From an uncultured Gemmatimonadales bacterium (GTDB lineage: Bacteria; Gemmatimonadota; Gemmatimonadetes; Longimicrobiales; RSA9), in assembly GCA_963816355.1 (NCBI GenBank), contig CAWFKH010000001.1, forward strand, positions 160,001-224,000: DNA of 64,000 nt, in the 5' to 3' direction. The position numbers and the translations under genes were made by a program. Numbering within the stretch: position 1 is the stretch's first letter; each line of letters starts with the position of its first letter. This document shows, in pieces, positions 56,699 to 64,000 of this stretch. The notes beneath the pieces are model-generated. The model ran no database searches. It was given only the letters and a program-made list of their open reading frames with translations, and was not told the origin of the DNA.

Positions 56699-56782
56699 CC
56701 CGCTCAACGCTCCGCCCGCCCGCTCAACGCTCCGCCCGCTCCACTTGCTCCGCGCTGCGCCCCGCTCAATGCACCGCCCGCT
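56699..56782. repeat. Direct repeats copying the 3' end of the upstream gene
   Basis: CCCGCTCAACGCTCCGCCCG x2, plus a degenerate copy containing the stop codon at 56766. Confidence 0.7.
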
Positions 56783-57455
56783 CCGCGCGCCCCAGCACCC
56801 GCTCCGCCTCGCCGGCGATCAGCCGGGCGTACATGGCGCGCTCGTTGGCGGTCGCGAACCGGCGCGCGTTGCCCGCCGCGTCGACCCACCGCAGCAGCGC
56901 CCCACGATCCAGGTAGTAGCGCTGCTCTTCGACGGCGATGCCGGCGGGCGCCGGGCCGGCGAAGATGCGTTCGGCGACGAGGAAGCTGGTGCCGTCGTCG
57001 TAGTAGAACTCACGCAGCAGAGTGCCGCGCGGCCCGCTTTCGAGCGCGTCGATGCGGAGGGTGCCGCCGCCCGGATCGCGGACGAGCAGGGAGTCGTACC
57101 CGACGACGCCGCGCACCGTCCTCGCGCGCCCGCCACCCGCGTCGATGGCGCGATCGATCTCGCGCCGGCGCGCGTCGCCGCGGGCCGCCGAGAGGTTTTC
57201 GCGGGCGGTGGTGAAGAGGGAGTCCGGCGACGCGGTCGCGTCTCCGTGGTCCGGGCCGGACGAGGCGGCGGGAAGCGCGATCGCGGGAGCGCCGACGCCC
57301 GGCGGCCCGCCGGCGGCTGCGTCGGCGCGCGCGCGGCGCCGGGCGAGGATCGCCGCCGCGACGAGGGCGAAGGCGACGAAAGCCGCCAGCGCCAGGACCG
57401 CGGTGCGGGACCTGCGGCTGGGGCGCGCCGGGCCGGCGTTCCGCGCGTCCCTCAC
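56766..57455 (-). CDS. Hypothetical exported/membrane-anchored protein
   Basis: N-terminal hydrophobic helix; beta-rich C-terminus (REFYYDDG, EEQRYYLDRG). Confidence 0.6.
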   Translation of the reverse strand: MRDARNAGPARPSRRSRTAVLALAAFVAFALVAAAILARRRARADAAAGGPPGVGAPAIALPAASSGPDHGDATASPDSLFTTARENLSAARGDARRREIDRAIDAGGGRARTVRGVVGYDSLLVRDPGGGTLRIDALESGPRGTLLREFYYDDGTSFLVAERIFAGPAPAGIAVEEQRYYLDRGALLRWVDAAGNARRFATANERAMYARLIAGEAERVLGRAERAVH

Positions 57456-57471
57456 GGACGCGGTGACCGGC

Positions 57472-58740
57472 TCACGGCAGCACGAAGGTGCGCGCGACGA
57501 CGAAGAAGAGCGCGGCCAGGCCGGCGGCGGCGGGGATGGTGGCGATCCACGAGTTCACGATGTTGCGGATCACGCGGAAATTGAGGGCGCCGATCCCCTG
57601 CGCGAAGCCGACGCCGATGACGCCGCCGACGAGCGTGTGGGTGGTGGAGATCGGCAGGCCCATGCGGCTGGCGACGAGGACCGTGGTGGCGGCGCCGAAC
57701 TCGGCGCTGAAGCCGCGCGTCGGCGTGATCTCGGTGATCTCGCGGCCGATCGTCGCGATCACCTTGTGGCCGAGCGTGGCGAGGCCGAAGACGATGCCGG
57801 CGCCGCCGAGCAGGAGCACCCACGTGGGCACGGGCACCTTGCCGGAGACGGAGGCGAAGCCCTCGTGGTCGAGCGTGACGATCGCGGAGAGGGGGCCGAC
57901 GGCGTTGGCGACGTCGTTCGCGCCGTGCGCGAAGGCGACGTAGCAGGCGGTCGAGACCTGCAGGTAGGCGAAGATGCGCTCGACGTAGACGAATGGGCTT
58001 CCGGTGCGCGGGGCCGTGCGGCGGATGATCCGGCGCGCCCCTTCGCCGACGAGCACCGCGATCACGGTGGCGACGCCGATCGCGAAGAGTAGTGGCGGCG
58101 CCTGGATGACGTTGTTGAGCGCCTTGTAGATGATCGACACGACGATGATGCCGACGACGATCGCGACGAGCACCGGCCCCACCGCCTTCGTCGCCTCGAC
58201 CGGGTCGTCGCTGCGCAGGATGCGGTTGCGGATGTAGATGAAGGTGGCGTAGGCGATGGCGCCGCCGAGCACCGGCGAGACGACCCAGCTCAGGACGATC
58301 TGGACAATGGTGCCCCAATCGACGCCGCTCCACCCGACGCTCACCAGCCCGACGCCCACGACGGCGCCGACGATCGAGTGCGTGGTCGAGACCGGCAGCG
58401 CGAGGTGGGTGGCGACGTGCAGCCACACGGCGGCGGCGAGCAGCGCGCACAGCATCGCGACGGCGAGGAGCAGCGGGCCGTGGGTGCCGAAGGGGCCGGC
58501 GGGCCCGAACACGCTCGTCTCGATGATCCCCTTGCGGATCGTGTCGGTGACGTCGGAGCCGGCGAGGACGGCGCCGCCGAACTCGAAGATGCCGGCGAGG
58601 ACGACGGCGCGCGCGAGGGTCAGGGCGCCGGAGCCGACGGACGTGCCCATGGCGTTGGCGACGTCGTTCGCGCCGATGTTCCACGCCATGTAGAGGCCGC
58701 CGACGACGGCCAGGATGAGGATGAGTGTGGCGGCGCTCAT
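57472..58740 (-). CDS. Inorganic phosphate transporter (PiT family)
   Basis: GANDVANAMG and AHGANDVANA repeats; LPVSTTH and LPISTTH. Confidence 0.93.
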   Translation of the reverse strand: MSAATLILILAVVGGLYMAWNIGANDVANAMGTSVGSGALTLARAVVLAGIFEFGGAVLAGSDVTDTIRKGIIETSVFGPAGPFGTHGPLLLAVAMLCALLAAAVWLHVATHLALPVSTTHSIVGAVVGVGLVSVGWSGVDWGTIVQIVLSWVVSPVLGGAIAYATFIYIRNRILRSDDPVEATKAVGPVLVAIVVGIIVVSIIYKALNNVIQAPPLLFAIGVATVIAVLVGEGARRIIRRTAPRTGSPFVYVERIFAYLQVSTACYVAFAHGANDVANAVGPLSAIVTLDHEGFASVSGKVPVPTWVLLLGGAGIVFGLATLGHKVIATIGREITEITPTRGFSAEFGAATTVLVASRMGLPISTTHTLVGGVIGVGFAQGIGALNFRVIRNIVNSWIATIPAAAGLAALFFVVARTFVLP

Positions 58741-59411
58741 CGCCGCGCGAGCATGAGCCGGAGCAGGTCCGCCGTGTTCTCGGCGTGGTTCGCCACGTCG
58801 CCGAGGACCAGCAGGATCCGCATCCAGAGGAAGACCGACACCGGGTCGATCTCCGACTCATGCTCGAACAGCAGCTTCGAGACGACCGCCTGCTGTTTGT
58901 CCGCCTCCCACTCCAGGTTCGAGATCTCCTTGATCTGCTCCATCGTGCGCTCGACGTCCGGCCCCGCGAAGGAAGCCTCCTGGAGCGTCGGCAGGCCGCG
59001 CGCGACGTCGTACCACAGCTCGCTCGTCGCGATCACCTTTTCGACGAACGCGCGCAGCGGCTCCTTCATCGCCTGCGGCGTGCTCGTGCGGCGCATCGTG
59101 AGCAGGACGCCGAGGTCCTCCGCGCGGTCGGCGATCGCGTCCTGCTCGCGCAGGAAGAGCAGGATGTCGCCGCGGTCCACCGGCATGAAGAGCGACTTCG
59201 GCAGGTGGTCCCGGATCTCGTTCTTGATGACGTCCGCCTTGTGCTCCAGCTTCGACGTCTGCTGGTAGACGCGGTCCGTCTCCTCCCAGTCCTCGTCCAT
59301 GAAGGCGTTCAGGAGCGGCCGCAGCAGCTGGACCGTCTCGTGGACCCGCTCCGTGTGCTGCGCCAGCGGGCCGAACGGGGATCTCGCGAAGAGCCCGAAG
59401 ATCGTCCTCAT
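58737..59411 (-). CDS. TIGR00153/DUF47 PhoU-like Pit accessory protein
   Basis: LFARSPF, LEHKADVIK, LFMPVDRGD, QDAIAD, EWEAD; coupled to pit. Confidence 0.9.
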   Translation of the reverse strand: MRTIFGLFARSPFGPLAQHTERVHETVQLLRPLLNAFMDEDWEETDRVYQQTSKLEHKADVIKNEIRDHLPKSLFMPVDRGDILLFLREQDAIADRAEDLGVLLTMRRTSTPQAMKEPLRAFVEKVIATSELWYDVARGLPTLQEASFAGPDVERTMEQIKEISNLEWEADKQQAVVSKLLFEHESEIDPVSVFLWMRILLVLGDVANHAENTADLLRLMLARR

Positions 59412-59535
59412 GCCGTCTCCTTCCAGGGGCGTCGGTGACGCCGCCGAAGTTGCCGAATCGTTCCGCGATCCGCCAGCCGCCGCGCCGCGCCCCAAGGGCG
59501 ACGGGCGGGGCCGGTCCTGCGCGCGGCGGGGCGGC

Positions 59536-60645
<1,110 letters not shown>

Positions 60646-60647
60646 CG

Positions 60648-62629
60648 TCAGCGCTCCCCTTCCGTGATCCTGAGCTCGACCGTGCGCTCGTGGTCGAGCA
60701 CGATCTGCACCGGCACCAGCAGCCGCTCGCCGAAGCGGCGCGCGGCCAGCTCCGCAGGGCGGCCGTCGACCGTCGCGGCGGCGAGCCTCGCTCCCGCCAG
60801 CACCGGCTCCAGGACGAGGCCGAGCGGCGCCCCACCGCTCTGCTGCGCGACCCGCAGGACGTGCCGTTCTCCCGACCGCTCGTAGCGCAGCGACACACGC
60901 GCCTCGCCGACGCGCAGCGCGCGAACCTCCAGCCGCGCCCAATCCTCCGGCGGCTGCGGCCGCAGGCGCAGCCGCCCTCGCGCCGCGTCCGGCTGCGCGC
61001 CCAGCATGCCGCCCACGAGCGCGACCATCGTGAGCGCGGTCGCCGGCGCGTCGTCCGGGCTGCCATCCTTGTCGCCGCCGGCGGCCGGCGTGAGCGAAGA
61101 CGGCCACGCACCACGCTCGTGCGCCGTGTGCAGCATCAGATTGCGACGCAGCAGCCGCCACGCCGCGCTCGAGCGTCCCTCGCCGTACGCCGCCAGGCAC
61201 TCGCGCGCGGCCGCGGCGGTCGAACCCGCCGCATCGTAACCCGCGCCCGTCGCCGGCACCACGGCGCCGGCGGCCGGCTTCGCCGCGGCCGCGGCCGCCG
61301 CCGTGACCGCCGCCACACCGCACCGCGCCCGCAGCTCGGCGGCCCAGGCCCGGTCGCCGGCCGACTCGACCGCGTCCGCCAACTCGCCCAGGGCCGCGAG
61401 CCAGATCCCACCCACTCCGTCGCGGCCGCCGTGCACCACTCGAAGGCGCGGCGCAGCCGGTCCCGCTCCGCGGCGACCACGCTCACCTCTCCGCTCCACG
61501 CGACGTGGCGCGCCGCCACCAGCAGGTAGAGCGGCGTGGCGACGCCGGCGTCGTCGAGCGGCCCACCGGTGGCCGCGCACTCGCCGGGGATCGCGCCGGA
61601 CGCCTCCTGACGGGAGCCGAGGAAGCGCAGCGCGTCGCGGGCGGCGTCGAAGTCGCCGACCGCGAGCGCGCCCAGCGCGCTCCACGCCGCGCCGTGCCCC
61701 GGCACCGGCCCGGTCCGGGATCCGGCGCCGCCCCCGGCGGCCGCGCCGTATCCGCCCACCAGGCAGGGCCCCGAAACGGGCGCTTCGGCCAGGTGGGAGT
61801 CGATCCGGTACTTGGCCCACTCGACCGCGGCGTCGATCTGCGGCTCCGGCGTGGTCAGCGAGAGCCGCTCGCGCGCGAGGCGGCGAGCCGCGCCGATGCG
61901 CGCCGCGCGGTGCGGCGCAGGGTCCCGGCAGCGCTCCAGCTCGCGGCGTGCCGCGGCCGCGTGCGGGCCGGCGCCGACGACGAGGCGGACGCGGCCACCC
62001 CGCCTCGTGATGGCGACGCTCACCGCGCAGCGGAGCCCGGCCCCATCTTCGCGCACCTCGATCGCCGGAGCCGACCCTTCCGACGCGACCGCGAAGCAGG
62101 CGGCCGCTTCCTGCCCGGCCGCGTCACCGCCCTCGACCACCAGGACGCCCGCCTCCATGCGGCCGCGGAGCGGCGCGAGCGTCGGCGACGTCGGCAGCGC
62201 AATCGCTCGCAGATCGACCGCCCACTCGAGCCGCAGCGCGCCCTGCCCCCCGCCGCCGCCGGCCGCGGGCGCACCTGCGCCCTCGATCGCCCACTCGAGC
62301 GTGGCGCCGGCGAGCCGGCGCGGCACCGTCAGGGTCTCGACCGCGCGCCACGCCCCGGCACGAAGCCGCCGCTCGATCGCGGCGGGCGTGATCCGTACGT
62401 GATCCGCGAGCGCGGCCTCGCCGCCGACGTGCACGGCCAGCTCGCGCAGCACCTGCGCGGAATGCGCCCACAGCTCGAGGACGCCGGCCGCCTCGTCGCC
62501 GGCGGCGAAGGCGCGGCGGCCGGCGAGGGTGAACGGCCGGCTCGTGCGAGCTCGCGGCGCTCCGGCCGAGTCGGGCTCGACGGTGCCTTCCAGCACGAGC
62601 GAGGAGGGCAGGTCCGGAGCCCGGCTCAT
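60648..62629 (-). pseudogene. Putative glycoside hydrolase (debranching / six-hairpin-like) split by a frameshift near 61400-61435
   Basis: N-part has LTTPEPQIDAAVEWAK, GDFDAARDALRFL...GAIP, ATPLYL; C-part has GMLGAQPDAARGRLRLRPQPP..W..L...LRVG in another frame; abuts the malK-like gene. Confidence 0.55.
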
Positions 62630-62751
62630 CGGTCACCGCCCCTGCCCGCGCGCCCTTTCCACGCCACGCGCCGGGGCCGTTGCCGGACGGTCGACGCTGC
62701 GGTTACTCTTGCTGGCGCGTTCCCGCCGTGGACCCACCGAAACGAGGCCTC

Positions 62752-64000
62752 ATGCGCCCGAAGTCCAGGCCGCGACGACGCACGCCGGTCCCCGCTGCGG
62801 CCCGCACGATCGCGACGCTCGCCGCGCTCCTCCTTCCGTGCGCCGGCGCGGCGCAGCAGGATGCGGATCGCCCGGCGACGCGACCGGAGCGTACGGAGTA
62901 TCGCGAGACGAGCCGATACGCGGACGTCGTGGACTTCGTCCGGTCGCTCGAGGGTGCGTACCTGCACGTCACCACGTACGGCTACAGCGTCGAGGGGAGG
63001 GCTCTTCCGCTCGTGGTGTGGGGCGACGTCGCCGACGCGACGCCGGAATCCGTGCTCGCCTCCGGCCGCACGCGCGTCCTGATCCAGGCCGGTATCCACG
63101 GCGGCGAGGTGGAGGGGAAAGAGGCGGCGCTGGTGCTGCTGCGGGAGCTCGCGGCGGGCCGACACCCGGCGTGGGCGGACTCGCTCGTGCTGCTGGTGGC
63201 GCCGCTGCTCGATCCGGACGGCAACGAGCGTATCAACCTGTACAACCGCCCGCGCCAGAACGGACCGGTCGGCGGCGTCGGCGAGCGCGTGAACGCCCAG
63301 GGCCTCGACCTCAACCGCGACCACACGAAGCTCGAGTCGCCCGAGATCCGGTCGCTGGTCCGGCTCTACCGCCGCTACGATCCGCACGTCGTCATCGACC
63401 TCCACACGACCGACGGGACCTTCCACGCCTACCGGCTCACGTACGCGCCACCGCTGAATCCGGACACCGACTCCGCCATCGTCGCCCTGCTACGCGAGCG
63501 CTGGCTGCCCGCCGTCCAGGCCGCGCTCCACGACAGGTACGGCTGGAACACGTTCTACTACGGCAATCTGCCGCCGCCCGATTCCCACCTCGACCGCGGC
63601 TGGTACACGTTCGACGCGCGGCCTCGATTCAACAACAACTACGTGGGTCTGCGCAACCGCTTCGCCATTCTCGGCGAAGCATACGCCTATGCCTCCTTCC
63701 AGGAGCGGATCCTCGTTTCGCTCCGCTTCGTCGAGGCGGCCGTGGACTTCGCCGCCGCCAACGCCGGCCGGATCCAGGACATCACGCGCGAAGCCGACGC
63801 CCGTTCCCTCTCCGACCGCAGCCTCGCGACGCGTTCGCAGCTCGCACGGTCCGGCGAAACCGACATCCTGCTCGGCGCCGTGGACACCGCGGCCAATCCG
63901 CTCACCGGCGAGCCGTTCCTGCAGCGCGTCGACACCGTCCGCTCCGTGCGCATGCCCGTCTACGACTCGTTCGCGCCCGCCGAGCTCTCGCCCGTGCCGC
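62752..64000 (+). CDS. M14 family zinc carboxypeptidase, secreted; partial at window end and absent from the ORF track
   Basis: GAGG RBS, ATG 62752, signal peptide; GYSVEGR, AGIHGGE, DLNRD, DLH. Confidence 0.88.
   Translation, partial: MRPKSRPRRRTPVPAAARTIATLAALLLPCAGAAQQDADRPATRPERTEYRETSRYADVVDFVRSLEGAYLHVTTYGYSVEGRALPLVVWGDVADATPESVLASGRTRVLIQAGIHGGEVEGKEAALVLLRELAAGRHPAWADSLVLLVAPLLDPDGNERINLYNRPRQNGPVGGVGERVNAQGLDLNRDHTKLESPEIRSLVRLYRRYDPHVVIDLHTTDGTFHAYRLTYAPPLNPDTDSAIVALLRERWLPAVQAALHDRYGWNTFYYGNLPPPDSHLDRGWYTFDARPRFNNNYVGLRNRFAILGEAYAYASFQERILVSLRFVEAAVDFAAANAGRIQDITREADARSLSDRSLATRSQLARSGETDILLGAVDTAANPLTGEPFLQRVDTVRSVRMPVYDSFAPAELSPVP

Overview
Very GC-rich bacterial chromosomal window. 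Gene content and style suggest Gemmatimonadota, possibly Longimicrobiales-like (inference, not a database result). It is mostly housekeeping and metabolic. Left part: AIM24, SLT, OsmC, an ECF sigma factor, an orphan infC with an ATC start, PBP1A, a divergent five-gene paaA/D/B/C-like di-iron epoxidase cluster, a PLP decarboxylase and lspA. Middle: a selenocysteine formate dehydrogenase operon (in-frame UGA plus SECIS, with an NrfD partner), an mscS-crcB-DUF190-nitrilase-SDR-DUF4105 run, a DAK2-DegV fusion, a complete caa3-type cytochrome c oxidase locus, DmpA, an ABC exporter and a patatin. Right part: LytTR/LytS, GntR, PiT/DUF47, a MalK-like ATPase and an M14 peptidase that runs off the end. 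The accessory hotspot is 44.0-52.8 kb. It holds an apparently nuclease-less Eco57I-like N6-adenine methyltransferase plus SNF2 helicase pair abutting tRNA-Asn. A lower-GC islet follows, with a decayed type I hsdR fragment, an intact two-gene unit (proteasome-beta/Ntn-hydrolase-like protein plus a 60-aa basic peptide, with its own terminator) and a probable IS21-type end. Two genes carry single-base frameshifts that may be assembly errors. All functional calls are by-eye motif recognition; no searches were run.
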